Source: Candidatus Latescibacterota bacterium
GTDB lineage: Bacteria > Latescibacterota > UBA2968 > UBA8231
Assembly (NCBI GenBank): GCA_965243025.1
Contig: CBDETY010000003.1
Span: forward strand, 3,296,001 to 3,360,000
DNA: 64,000 nt
Reading direction: 5' to 3'
The notes under the pieces are model-generated. The model saw only the letters and a program-made list of their open reading frames with translations. It did no database searches and was not told the origin of the DNA. Shown here piece by piece: positions 10,453 through 20,354 of the stretch; position 1 is the stretch's first letter, and the number at the start of each line of letters is the position of its first letter. The position numbers and the translations under genes were made by a program.

Positions 10453-10496
10453 AGGTGAGTAATGGTCAATCTGTTAGGTGAGTAATGGTCAATCTG
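10453..10496. repeat. Tandem duplication of aggtgagtaatggtcaatctg (23-bp period)
   Basis: Identical 21-mers at 10453-10473 and 10476-10496, over the ACP upstream region. Confidence 0.85.
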
Positions 10497-11065
10497 CTAT
10501 CTGAGATAGAGGAGCCGGCTTGTCTGCACCCCTCCGGGGTATTGCAGGCGCGTGATATAGACCCCCGCGGCAACCTCCGAACCCCGCTGGTCGCGGGCAT
10601 CCCAGTGAACCTGGTACACCCCGGTCTCCTGAACCCATCCACCAGCGTGCGCACCGGCTGCCCGAGGACGTTGTAGATCACCAGCCGCACGGACCCGGGG
10701 GAGTGCAGGCGGTAGCGAATCTGCGTGGTGCTGTTGAAGGGGTTGGGCACATTGGGGCCCAGCCCGCTGGCGGATGCCACTGGCTTGGCCGCGGCCAGTG
10801 ATTCGACGCCTGCAATCCTCATGCCGCCGCCCAGCGTCAGTTCCAGGACCTGGCGCCGGTTGCGGTTGAGGGGAATGCTGTCCCACTGTCCGACGACCTC
10901 GCCGTCGGCGTTGCGGGCAGGGGCCTGATAGAAACCACTCCCCTGCCTCCCGCCGTAAATAGTCAGGGACGCCTGGCCGTCGGCATCGGTGACCGCGTTC
11001 CAGGCGAAATCGCGGGAACGGCCGGCGATGGCGGGGGAAAAAAGAAGGGGGACCAGGCTGTTCAT
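10497..11065 (-). pseudogene. Frameshifted 3' remnant of a secreted protein with a T9SS-type-A/FlgD-Ig C-terminal domain
   Basis: PNVPNPFNSTTQIRY...VIYNVLGQPVRTLVDG continues in another frame as GVYQVHWDARDQRGSEVAAGVYITRL. No signal peptide is left. Confidence 0.75.
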
Positions 11066-11118
11066 CGGCAGTCTGACCGGGCACCCCTGTTAACTGTCAA
11101 CCAAATTAGGAGGATGAG

Positions 11119-11622
11119 ATGGTTGCACTAATGATCCTGGCACTGGTGCTGTGGGGATGCAGCGACAGGGAAGCTTCCCCGATGGCACCCATTGGTAATT
11201 CCCTCTGCGACGGCGGTGAGAGCGGCGACTAACATGGTCGAAGCGGCGAACACGGCAACGAAGGCGGAGAAGGCAGTGAAGGGGGCGGGGAAGAATCCGC
11301 TACTCAATACGCTCGAGCCGACACCTTCGATGAAGTGAGGGCCGGTGCCCGTCTGATCATTTCCTATTTTGAGGATGCGGGGGAATTCAGAGGCACGGTG
11401 GAGAACACCACTGACCGTACTCTGCAGCAGGTTCGGGTTGAAGTCCATCTGTCCAACGGCGTTGAACTTGGACCGACAACGCCCACAGACATGGCTCCTG
11501 GGGAAACCATCGAGGTAGCCCTGTCCGTTTCGGAAAATGACCGCACTTTCTCCACCTATGGAGCCCATCCCGAGGTCGGATCGTCTGGACTGGAGGACAT
11601 GGCCGACGGCGGGGAATGCTGA
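11119..11622 (+). pseudogene. Third Gly/Glu/His-rich FxLYD-like lipoprotein, interrupted by an in-frame TAA
   Basis: RBS aggagga, ATG at 11119 and lipobox LWGC. TAA at 11230-11232 is followed in the same frame by HGRSGEHGNEGG...VENTTDRTLQQVRVEVHL...ELGPTTPTDMAPG. Confidence 0.8.
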
Positions 11623-11624
11623 AA

Positions 11625-11657
11625 AAGAGGGGGCAGGCAATCGTCCTGCCCCCTCTT
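11625..11657. terminator. Stem-loop, probable terminator
   Basis: Perfect 13-bp stem aagagggggcagg / cctgccccctctt. Confidence 0.65.
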
Positions 11658-11689
11658 ACTAATCCAACGCAGGGGATTGCAATGGCTCT

Positions 11690-12100
11690 CAAGTTGCCCT
11701 CGGCGCGCAGACCTCGTAATTCCGCACACCAGCGACACCCCTCCACCTGCAGTCTCTGAACCTCCCTGGCACACCGATCCGGACTGAGCCCCGGGGAAAA
11801 CGGCCTTTAGACCCCAGGGGATGAGTCCCGATCCCCGCAATCCCTCCTGGCCTGGGCAGCTTCCGATCCACGGTGCCGTTTCCGGGAGTGTATGGCGTGC
11901 TTCCGGTGTCCTGACCCCCTGTTCATTAACCCCGAGATCCGGAATACCGATGCTGATTGGCCGACTTCTCAGCACGTAGTCAAGTGCTGTTGTCAGCCAG
12001 CCTGACGTCCCATCTCCCGGCGAAACAGCCAGGATCCGGGGGTCCTTTTTCTCTCTGGGTTCCTCCAGGTTCACCAGTTTTTTTTCGAAAATCGCGCTTT
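11690..12100 (-). repeat. Cryptic non-coding repeat family, copy C
   Basis: 11992-12045 aligns with 57929-57983. CCGATCCACGGTGC at 11863 is identical at 14448 and 57650. Confidence 0.65.
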
Positions 12101-12287
12101 CGATCAAGTATTCGCCCGTCGTTTCTCCTGTGGGTGGGCTGGTGTGGGGAGCATGAACCCTGAACCTCGCTGAATTCACCGGGAAAACTTCCTTGTCCGG
12201 CAGATTTCTGCCTCTCCTCGGGGGAAATTTGCCGCCCCGTTCCAGATTCTTCCCCAACAGCCCCTCGATCCAGTGCCTTTTCCTGTT

Positions 12288-12303
12288 TGGCACGGAGATT
12301 GCA
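12288..12303 (+). promoter_or_regulatory. Sigma54 -24/-12 promoter (second copy)
   Basis: TGGCACGGAGATTGCA. The whole upstream region 12166-12420 duplicates 8268-8520. Confidence 0.85.
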
Positions 12304-12374
12304 AAGCGGCAAGGTGTCCATGCCACATCGAAAGATGCGGTCTGAACCACCCACTCAAACTCGGGGAGGATGCC

Positions 12375-14000
12375 ATGAAACTCACCATGAGCAACCCGAT
12401 CGTCGCCGTGCTCGTTGTCGCGCTTACTGGAATGATCGGCTGTTCCGATAATCCAGTAGCGCCCGCAATGTCCGCAGGCCAACCCGCTGAATCAGGCAGG
12501 TCTGAGCCGGCAGGAGAGCATGGGGGCAACGCAGACGGAGAAGGCAGTGAAGGCAGGGAAGGCGGAGCAGCCCGCATAGTCGCCAGCGCAGGCGCCGACG
12601 AAGGCGGTGGTGAAGGCAGCGGAAGCGGCGAAGGCAGCGAAAGCCACGCCGTTAGCGAAAGCGGCGGCGAAGGCGGCGACATAGCTCAGCAACTTGCCCC
12701 CAACCAGCGCTACGACCAGACGCGCAACGGCGCGCGGTTGACCATGGCGTACAGCGGGTATGCGTTCCACGGCACCGTGGAGAATACGACGAACCGGACT
12801 CTGCGCCGGGTGCGGGTGGAAGTGCACCTGTCCGACGCAGCCAACGCGATCACCGCGGAGCTGGGACCCACCCCGCCGACGGACCTGGCGCCGGGTGGGA
12901 CGCTGCCCATCAACCTGTCCGCCGTCGGCCAGAATTTTGCCAGCTGGTCGCCCCATGTGGAGGTCGGCTCCGGCGAGGGCGGAGAGGGCGGCGGCTCCGG
13001 CGAGGGCGGAGAGGGCGGCGGCGAAGGCGGAGGCGGCGAGGGTAACGAGGCCAGCGGCCATGCCGAAGGCCCCGAAGGCGGCGGAGGCGATCCATCCAGC
13101 CCGATCCTCGCCCTCGACGAGTTCTGGGACGGCGTCGTCAACGGCGTGCGCGTGGCCATGTCCTATGACCCGGTCAGGCGCTCGTTCTCCGGCCTCGTCG
13201 AGAACAGGACGGCGCAGACCCTCTGCTCCGTCCAGATCGAACTCAACCTCAAGCAGGGGACGCGCACGGTCGTCGAACTGGGGCCGTCTCCGGTCGGGGA
13301 TCTGGTACCGGGTGGCCGTGCGACCACCGAACTGTTGGTCGACGACGAGCCGCAGGCGGCGGGAGTATCTTTCGACGCCTGGGAGATCCATCCGGAGGTG
13401 TTTGACTGCAACGGCAACGGCCCGGGTTCAGGCGGCGAGGAGAACGAAACCAGCGGCCATGCCGAAGGCCCCGAAGGAAGCGGAGGCGGTGAAAGCGGCG
13501 AAAGCCACGCCGGCAGCGAAGGCGGCGGCGAAGGCGGCGACACAGCTCAGCAACTGGCCCCCGACCAGCGCTACGACCAGACGCGCAACGGCGCGCGGTT
13601 GGTCATGGTGTACAATTCCCGCATGGATGTCTTCTACGGCATCGTGGAGAATACGACCAACCGGACTCTGCGCCGGGTGCGGGTGGAAATTCACCTTTCC
13701 GACGAAGCCAACGGGATCACCGCGGAGTTGGGACCAACCACGCCGACGAGCCTGGCGCCGGGCAGGAGGCTGCTCATCAACCTGTCTGCCGCCGGCCAGA
13801 CCTTTGCCGGCTGGTCGCCCCACGTGGAGGTCGGCTCCGGCGAGGGCGGGGAGGGAGGAGGCGGTGAAAGCGGCGGTGAGCACGGGAGCGGTGCAGGGGG
13901 TGGCGAAGGCGGTGAAAGCGGCGGTGAGCACGGGAGTGGTGCAGGGGGTGGCGAAGGCGGCGAAAGCCACGCCGGCCGGGAAGGAGGCAACGGAGGTTGA
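12375..14000 (+). CDS. Gly/Glu/His-rich lipoprotein with three FxLYD-like domains (A-B-A)
   Basis: MKLTMSNPIVAVLVVALTGMIGC lipobox. Domain B is nearly identical to the 8477 protein, and domain A (YDQTRNGARL...WSPHVEVGSG) occurs twice. Confidence 0.85.
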   Translation: MKLTMSNPIVAVLVVALTGMIGCSDNPVAPAMSAGQPAESGRSEPAGEHGGNADGEGSEGREGGAARIVASAGADEGGGEGSGSGEGSESHAVSESGGEGGDIAQQLAPNQRYDQTRNGARLTMAYSGYAFHGTVENTTNRTLRRVRVEVHLSDAANAITAELGPTPPTDLAPGGTLPINLSAVGQNFASWSPHVEVGSGEGGEGGGSGEGGEGGGEGGGGEGNEASGHAEGPEGGGGDPSSPILALDEFWDGVVNGVRVAMSYDPVRRSFSGLVENRTAQTLCSVQIELNLKQGTRTVVELGPSPVGDLVPGGRATTELLVDDEPQAAGVSFDAWEIHPEVFDCNGNGPGSGGEENETSGHAEGPEGSGGGESGESHAGSEGGGEGGDTAQQLAPDQRYDQTRNGARLVMVYNSRMDVFYGIVENTTNRTLRRVRVEIHLSDEANGITAELGPTTPTSLAPGRRLLINLSAAGQTFAGWSPHVEVGSGEGGEGGGGESGGEHGSGAGGGEGGESGGEHGSGAGGGEGGESHAGREGGNGG

Positions 14001-14078
14001 GGATGCCATGACCAAAGGAGTGGGTGAAATTTACCTAGTGCCAACTCGCCCACTCGACGAGATAGCGAAAGCGAGAGC

Positions 14079-14118
14079 AAAGCTGGCCGGTTGTACATTC
14101 AATCGGCCAGCTTTTTTT
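14079..14118 (+). terminator. Rho-independent terminator
   Basis: aaagctggccg-loop-cggccagc followed by T7. Confidence 0.85.
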
Positions 14119-14259
14119 GTCTGATGCAGCTGTGTCGGATGTTCGAAAAACCGCATCGGTCCGGGGGAATCCGGGCGATGGGAAGCGGAAACTGGCGTTT
14201 TTTCAGGTAACGGCGCGACACCGAGGAACGGATCTGCCGAAGGCTTTGCGGGACTGCCT

Positions 14260-14890
14260 CCGCGACCTCGTAGTTCTCCTTGGCGGATGATGTCTTCCTG
14301 GCGAGCGCAGCCGGCACCTCGACCCGCAAGGTCCGAGTCGTCCCGGTACACCGATCCCGACTCTGACACCCCAACGTCGAACAGCTTTCAGACCCAGGGG
14401 ATCAGCCACGGAGATCCTACCCCCCCTTCGACCGTAAACCGTGGCTCCCGATCCACGGTGCAAATCTGGCATGCCTGGGTGATCTGGATAGCCTGTGCCG
14501 TTCACCCGAGATCTGGGAAGCCGATTCAGATCACCTTGTTTCAACACGAATCCTGTGAAGTTTCCAGCCAGCTGACATCCCGATTTCGCCTAGCGGCGTC
14601 TTTCAGCACCCGCACCCACGGGCACCTCGAAACCATTTCCTGAAACTCTCAGGCACACCATCTGAACTGAACCCCCCTCCTCAAGCAGGGGTCCCCTTTC
14701 AGATTCAGGACCAGGTACTGGAGGTTCTCGATTCCGCACCCCCTCTCGATCAGAGCGGAGGCTTTCCGATCCTCCCCCGATTCCGTCAAGCTGATCGCCG
14801 GGCTCGGTAGCAATCGAAGGAGTAGGCTGTTCGGGGCCATGCAACGTTGCACCACCAAAGACCGACGCTTTTTTAAAAATCAGCGACGGA
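14260..14890 (-). repeat. Cryptic non-coding repeat family, copy D (two tandem units)
   Basis: Shares motifs with copies A, C and E at 14448-14461, ~14565-14580, 14637-14672 and 14745-14753. Confidence 0.6.
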
Positions 14891-14892
14891 AT

Positions 14893-15200
14893 TCAAGGTG
14901 CCTCCCCGTTCTTCTCCTGGAAACTCTTCAGTTCCTCGCTGATTGCGCTGCAGGGAAGGTTTTCGAACAGCTCCTCCCAGGTGACCCAGCGAAGTTGCAG
15001 CCGCTGAACCCGGTCAGCCACGTTCGAGGGATACCTCCAATCCGGAGGCTCGTCTCGTTTCTCCATGCGGCATAAATCGAGATTCTTGATGAGGTCCCAA
15101 CGATTGGTCTCGTATTCCCGGAATTTGTACTGGTAGAGGCGGGACAACCCGGGTGCAGACCGGAATGCTTTGGGGTTACCAGGGCGACGTATATGCGACT
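14893..15200 (-). pseudogene. 3' remnant of an unknown protein
   Basis: Protein-like stretch SRLYQYKFREY...LRWVTWEELFENLP, with IYVALVTPK upstream in a shifted frame and no start. Confidence 0.4.
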
Positions 15201-15303
15201 TGCATACCGGCCAGTCCCCCCCCGGGCATTTGGGCCCGATTCCGTAATCCCCCGGCCCACCGTGCTGGACAATTTCCGGGCCAATCCCCCCGTTTTTGGG
15301 AAA

Positions 15304-15391
15304 TGTCCCCCGATTCGGGGGCAATGTCCCCTGATCAGGGGACAAAAAAAAATCACCTGATCAGGTGACAAGAAATCACCTGATCGGGTGA
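15304..15391. promoter_or_regulatory. Tandem palindrome array (TCACCTGATCRGGTGA type), copy 1
   Basis: Palindromes at 15304-15323, 15325-15344, 15353-15368 and 15376-15391. Flanks ~15250-15490 are homologous to 49800-50015. Confidence 0.8.
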
Positions 15392-15608
15392 TACCGGAGC
15401 CGACATTCGGAGCGATCTTTGTCCTCAAGATGAACAAGGTCGCTGCCGAAGAAAGGAGGTCATACTTGCAGCCGCCATCATTCCGCAAGAAAGGCCCATT
15501 CTCAACCAAGAAAGGAGGCATGAAGTGGATCTGATTGCCGTGGTGCTGGTAATCGTCGGCGTGGATCTCCTGCGTCGGCGACACCGGCGAATCGAAGGGA
15601 GACTCACC

Positions 15609-16060
15609 ATGACAAGGCTCATGGCAGTCATATCTGGGTCGGCTTCGCGGTTCAGACTCAGGCTCAGCCCGTAGTTACCGCTTCCCCGATGGAACTTCCC
15701 GGGTCGGTGACGGCGGAGTTGACGGATCTTCGCTCGGAAAACGGGAAGTGCTTCACGACGAGCTCCGGTCACAAACTGGCCGTGTTCTTCACTTCCCCGA
15801 TACACGGTTTGGTCGACGGCGAGTGGGAAAACCTTACCCGTGAACAGAGAGAAGAGAAGGCAGCCCTCCAGGCTTGGCCCCCCTATACGACCGGCTCCGG
15901 TAAAGCTCTCCAGGGGGGATATGTGGGTTATCCGATCAATGGAGCAACGCTCGACAAGGAAACTAACGGCTCTATTGATTGGTTTTCGTCCGACCGTAAT
16001 TTCGGAAAATGGAATACGGATAACAGGACATACCGCAGCATCTTCTCCTACTATACCCCC
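15609..16060 (+). pseudogene. Frameshifted, truncated 5' part of a large secreted protein (Rhs/WapA/DNRLRE-type N-terminus)
   Basis: ATG at 15609 with a frameshift in the signal peptide, then ELTDLRSENGKCFTTSSG..AVFFTSPIHGLVDGEWENL. Cut by an IS remnant. Confidence 0.5.
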
Positions 16061-16170
16061 CGGCCAAGCGGGTACTACGTCGGCCGTTTCCGCAGGAACT
16101 ACGCTCGCGGCGACCTTGCCGGATTTTCGGTCCATCATGCCGACAACGATGGTTTTTCCCTCCATCCACC
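16060..16170 (-). mobile_element. IS1595-family transposase fragment
   Basis: GKTIVVGMMDRKSGKVAASVVP resembles the segment after the first catalytic Asp of IS1595 transposases (compare ALAVVDRESGRADAGMI in the 56300 protein). Confidence 0.55.
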
Positions 16171-16286
16171 GTTCCCGCAGTCTCTTGTCGGCGTGCTTGT
16201 TGGCCTCCTTTCCGCCGAAATAGCTAGCTGCATTCAGTCCTCCCTTTGTGTGTCCGGGTGCCTGGATGACGGCCGGCTCCCGCCGT

Positions 16287-18122
16287 TCACTGCGCCCCGT
16301 TCTCGCGGTCCAGCCAAACCGGGCTGAGCCACGCCCGGTGCCCGTCCTGCTGCCGCAGCCGCAGGTAGTAGCAGGACCCCGTCCCTTCCGGCGCCGGCAG
16401 CTCCGCCCCGTCGATCTCCACGTCCCAGGAATCGGGCGAGTCCCCCCAGACGCACCGGCCGCCGGCGATGATCTCGACCCGCTCGATAGGCGCGGTCCCG
16501 TGCAGGCTGGCGGAGAAATGCACTTCCTTCTCTCCTTCCGCCAGCACCCCCTCGGCTCCCGAACGCACCCCGTTGACGGCGTAGTCGCAGAGGATCGGCA
16601 CGCCCGAAGTCGCGTAGGTCCAGCGCTCGTCCATCGCCTGCCACACCGCCTCGCGGGTCAGCTCCGCCGCCCGGAAACAGGTCATCCCCACGTAGCCTCC
16701 CGGATGTTGAGTCGGGTGCCCCTGGTGGTTGTCGGTCCCGGCGACGAAACCGAGGCGCCAGCCCCGGGCGAAGGCATCCTGCACCGAAGCTCCCATCCCC
16801 CCGCTGCGGATGCCCCAGTAGTCGTCGAGGGCGTCCGCCTCGAAATTGCCCCGGCCCTGGACGATTTCCACAAGACGGGCGCGCTCGTTGGGGAACTCCC
16901 AGTGGTATTGCGACCAGTAGAAGGACTTGCCCATGACCTCGCGGTGCCTGCCGTACTCGATCGGCTGTCCGCAGTTGGGGTGGTGCGGCACCATGACCAC
17001 GTCCCTGTCCCAGGTCACCTCCGAGGGGCAGAGCTCCGGCTTCCAGTGCCAGGTGCCGCCGTCGACCCCCGGGGTGCGCAGGTAGAGGTTGGCATGCCCG
17101 TAGGCGTTGGAGCTTTCCCACGCGGGGATCGTCACGAAGCGGCCGGGCTCGTTGAACTCCTCGTTGACCGCCAGGCACTCCGCCCAGCCGGGGCCGATGG
17201 GGGCGTGGTCCGTCATCGCGACCACGTCGAGGTTGAGGTGGTCGCGGGCATAGGCGTACGCCGCCCGCGGCTCCCTGTCGCCGTCCACCGACAGCCTGGT
17301 GTGGAAGTGGATGCCGCCGAAGTAATGGCCGCGCTCACCGGCCGCATGCGCCGGACCTCCCCTGGCTTCGAGGCCGCGTTCGGGATCGCTAACCTCGATG
17401 CGGACCGGACCGTCCCCCTGCACCTCGACCCCTTCGACCACTCCACGGCCGTCGGCGCCGATCTCCACCCCGGCGGGCAGCCCGGCGACCGCCCCGTCGG
17501 CCTGCACGGCCACCTTCCCCCGGTAGGAGGGTATGGGGTTGAGGTTGTCATCGGTGCCGAAAATCACCACCCTGCGCTTTCCCTCCGCGTCCCCCGCAGC
17601 GGAGATCCGGCCCTCCAGCCGCGTCAGGGGGCCTGGGGCGTTGAGCAGCCGAATCGGGTCCCCCACCTTCTCGAACAGCTCGGCTTCGGGCCGCCGCACC
17701 CGCACCTGCAGGGCGCCGCTGACATCCGCATGCGGCGACGGCGAAATGCCGAAGGGAAAGACCAGCCGCGCTCCGGGGCTCAGCGAGCCGGTGACCTGGA
17801 CGGTGCACAGGTAGACCTCGTTGAGCGGCCGCCCCACCAGCCCGCCGCCGGCGGGACCGTCGCCGCCCCGGGTCAGATCGGTCCAGTCGCCGCCAGGCAG
17901 TCCGTGACCGATCACCACCACCCCCTCCCCCCCTTCGACGAACGGATCCGCAAGCGTCCACCGGGGGGAGTGGGTATGGAAGCTGCTGACCGTAACCCGC
18001 ACGTCGGCACCGGCCTCGAGGCCCGCCGGGCAGGTGACGAAAAGCCGTAAAGGCTTTGGCTCCTGGTCGGTGGCGACGAGCTCCGTCCGCCCCTCGAAAT
18101 GAATCTCCAACTGCTCGTACAT
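16287..18122 (-). CDS. PHP-like metallohydrolase (DUF3604 / CehA-McbA type)
   Basis: GIHFHT...SVDG, AMTDH, PAWES...GHAN, PHH, GFVAGTDNH, TYATSG, YYLRLRQQDGHRAWLSPVW. Confidence 0.8.
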   Translation of the reverse strand: MYEQLEIHFEGRTELVATDQEPKPLRLFVTCPAGLEAGADVRVTVSSFHTHSPRWTLADPFVEGGEGVVVIGHGLPGGDWTDLTRGGDGPAGGGLVGRPLNEVYLCTVQVTGSLSPGARLVFPFGISPSPHADVSGALQVRVRRPEAELFEKVGDPIRLLNAPGPLTRLEGRISAAGDAEGKRRVVIFGTDDNLNPIPSYRGKVAVQADGAVAGLPAGVEIGADGRGVVEGVEVQGDGPVRIEVSDPERGLEARGGPAHAAGERGHYFGGIHFHTRLSVDGDREPRAAYAYARDHLNLDVVAMTDHAPIGPGWAECLAVNEEFNEPGRFVTIPAWESSNAYGHANLYLRTPGVDGGTWHWKPELCPSEVTWDRDVVMVPHHPNCGQPIEYGRHREVMGKSFYWSQYHWEFPNERARLVEIVQGRGNFEADALDDYWGIRSGGMGASVQDAFARGWRLGFVAGTDNHQGHPTQHPGGYVGMTCFRAAELTREAVWQAMDERWTYATSGVPILCDYAVNGVRSGAEGVLAEGEKEVHFSASLHGTAPIERVEIIAGGRCVWGDSPDSWDVEIDGAELPAPEGTGSCYYLRLRQQDGHRAWLSPVWLDRENGAQ

Positions 18123-18249
18123 GGGGTTACCTCGATTCTGCGCAGGCCAGTCTGCGCGGGCGGGCCGCTCGCTCGGCAGCCGCCGGGATAAACTCTGCTG
18201 CCCGGCATTGCCGTGGCAATGGCCGCCTCGATTGCCCCCGGGCCCCTTC

Positions 18250-19023
18250 TCAGGGCTGGAGACCCCAGAGCCGCAGCCGCGCCTCTGGCCAGTCGCGCCA
18301 GCCGGGGTGCAGGTGCTTCACCGCCTCAAGGTCGCGCTTCCTGCCGCCGGCGGGAAAGTAGTTCCAGCCCATGGCCCGCCTCGGCCCGGCGCTGGTCTTC
18401 ATCCCGGTGGCGTGCCAGCAGGAGGGCGTCCACACGAGGGTCCACCGCGGGTCGAGGACGACCTCGACCTCGGCGGGATGGCGGGCGAAGCAAAGCTCCG
18501 GGGGCTCGTCGTGGACGCCGGCGGCCAGCTCGAGCTGCAGCAGCTCGGCCGCCACCTCCCCGCGGGGGCGGTGCTGGCTGCCCGGCAGGATCCGCAGCGG
18601 CCCGTTGCCGGCGTCGTGGCGGTCGAGGGCGGTGCGGAAGGAGACCTGCCTGACATCGGGGCCGCCGTCGGCGTGCCAGTGGACCTGCCGCTGCCCCGGC
18701 CCGTCGGCGCCGACCGCCTTCGAGGCGTCGCCGATGCCGCAGGCGCCCACGTGCACTTCCTCGGCGCCGAGAATCAGGCGCGCCGCGGCGACCAGCTCGG
18801 GGTGTTCCACCATCTGCAGCAGAGGCTCGCCGATCATCAGGAACTGGCATGCCAGCCGGTTGAAGCTTTCGGGAAACTCCGCGCGCTCCCACACCGGCTC
18901 CACCTCCCGCTGCAGGATGTCGACCTGGCGGACCGCCCCGGCGCCGAAGGGACCGGGGATCAGGAAGAAGCCGTCGTGCTCGAAGCGAGCCAGGTGCTCG
19001 CCGGTGATGCCGGGAGTTCTCAT
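18250..19023 (-). CDS. Phytanoyl-CoA dioxygenase family (2OG-Fe(II)) protein
   Basis: FEHDGFF, WHAD (HxD), NGPLRILPGSQH, distal WH. Confidence 0.85.
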   Translation of the reverse strand: MRTPGITGEHLARFEHDGFFLIPGPFGAGAVRQVDILQREVEPVWERAEFPESFNRLACQFLMIGEPLLQMVEHPELVAAARLILGAEEVHVGACGIGDASKAVGADGPGQRQVHWHADGGPDVRQVSFRTALDRHDAGNGPLRILPGSQHRPRGEVAAELLQLELAAGVHDEPPELCFARHPAEVEVVLDPRWTLVWTPSCWHATGMKTSAGPRRAMGWNYFPAGGRKRDLEAVKHLHPGWRDWPEARLRLWGLQP

Positions 19024-19197
19024 TTCCTGCCCGCTTTCGGATCTCCGGCGCCCCCAGGACCGCGCCGCCCGACTGGATCCGGATTGCCGTCAGGGCCGAT
19101 TGCAACCATGTACCCGAATCGCGCCGGACATGGCGCCGGCGTCGGAACGACTCGACAATTCCATCCTCCCATGGCTTCGAACAAGGAGGGACCAAGT

Positions 19198-20187
19198 ATG
19201 GAAAAACGAACCCTTGGCCGCACAGGGCTCGAGGTCAGTGTGCTGGGAATGGGGGGACTGAACGTATCCACCCTGGGCGCCGGCGGACTGGAGGAGGGCT
19301 GCCGAACGGTCCGGCGGGCCCTCGAGCTCGGTGTCAACTACGTCGATACGGCGCCCAGCTACGGCGACAGCGAAGAGGTCCTGGGCATCGCCCTCGAGGG
19401 TGCGGCGCAGCCGCATTTCCTCGCGACCAAGCTCGGCGGCCGGCCGCAGCCGTTCGATCCGCAGGACAGGGACCTCCTGCGGCGGTCGGTCGACGAAAGC
19501 CTCCGGCTGCTGAGACGCGACTGCATCGACGTCCTGCTGATACACGAGCCCGACCGCCCCGGCCAGTACGACTGGTGGACGGACCTCGACCGGTTCCACG
19601 GGCCCGTCAGCGACCTGGTGGAAGAGCTGAAGGCGGAGAAGGTCATCCGCTTCACCGGGCTCGGCGGCACCACCGCCTACCAGCTGCCCCTCATCATGGC
19701 GACCGGGAACTACGACGTGGTCCTGACCGCCTTCAACTACAGCCTGCTCTGGCGGGAAGCGGCCATCGCCGTCTTCCCGGAAGCCAGGCGGCAGAACATG
19801 GGCCTCGTCGTCGGCTCCCCCCTGCAGCAGGGCGCCCTGTCGCGGCGCTACCCCGAGATAGAGACCGGGGCGCCGTGGCTGAGCCCGCCGCGGCGGGAAC
19901 AGTACCGGCGGCTCTACGCGTTCCTGGACGAAACCGGGCTGTCGCTGCCCGAGGCCGCCCTGCGCATGATCGTGGCCAACCCCGAAGTTTCCACCGTCCT
20001 GGCGGGAGCGCGGTCGGTGCAGGAGGTGGAAGAGAGCGTGCGCGCCGCGGAAGCGGGGCCGCTGTCGGCGGATCTCCTCGCGGAAATCCAGGAGATCGCC
20101 GACATGGTGCCGTTCCGGCCGTACGAAGAGCCGTTCGGGCTGCCGTTCGGAAGGCCGTACAAATGGCCGGGATGGGCCGGCAGGTAA
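19198..20187 (+). CDS. Aldo/keto reductase
   Basis: RBS aaggagg; MEKRTLGRTGLEVSVLGMG; GVNYVDTAPSYG; ATK; SLRLLRRDCIDVLLIH. Confidence 0.93.
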   Translation: MEKRTLGRTGLEVSVLGMGGLNVSTLGAGGLEEGCRTVRRALELGVNYVDTAPSYGDSEEVLGIALEGAAQPHFLATKLGGRPQPFDPQDRDLLRRSVDESLRLLRRDCIDVLLIHEPDRPGQYDWWTDLDRFHGPVSDLVEELKAEKVIRFTGLGGTTAYQLPLIMATGNYDVVLTAFNYSLLWREAAIAVFPEARRQNMGLVVGSPLQQGALSRRYPEIETGAPWLSPPRREQYRRLYAFLDETGLSLPEAALRMIVANPEVSTVLAGARSVQEVEESVRAAEAGPLSADLLAEIQEIADMVPFRPYEEPFGLPFGRPYKWPGWAGR

Positions 20188-20276
20188 ATGATCGGGGCCG
20201 CGTCTCCCTGTACCGACTGCAACCGGCGGCGAAGAGCTTCACGCCGCCCCTCGTGCCGGCTGACAACCCAGCGGGC
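20188..20276 (-). repeat. 89-bp partial duplicate of the 5' end of the MNT gene (21116-21204)
   Basis: Near-identical to 21116-21204, with about 5 differences. Confidence 0.85.
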
Positions 20277-20354
20277 CGCGGGGGGGCGGCGGTAGGAGCT
20301 CCCTGAAGTCCTATGGTCCTTGGAATGGATCGCGGGTCAAGGGGCAGCCGCCAA

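Noticed and set aside
15689-16327. 212-aa ORF as an intact gene
   Set aside because: Chimeric: a secreted-protein remnant reading into an antisense IS1595 fragment.
18121-19197. N-terminal extension of the 688-aa ORF as a fusion to the aldo/keto reductase
   Set aside because: It is the antisense of the dioxygenase gene. The reductase has its own RBS and ATG at 19198.
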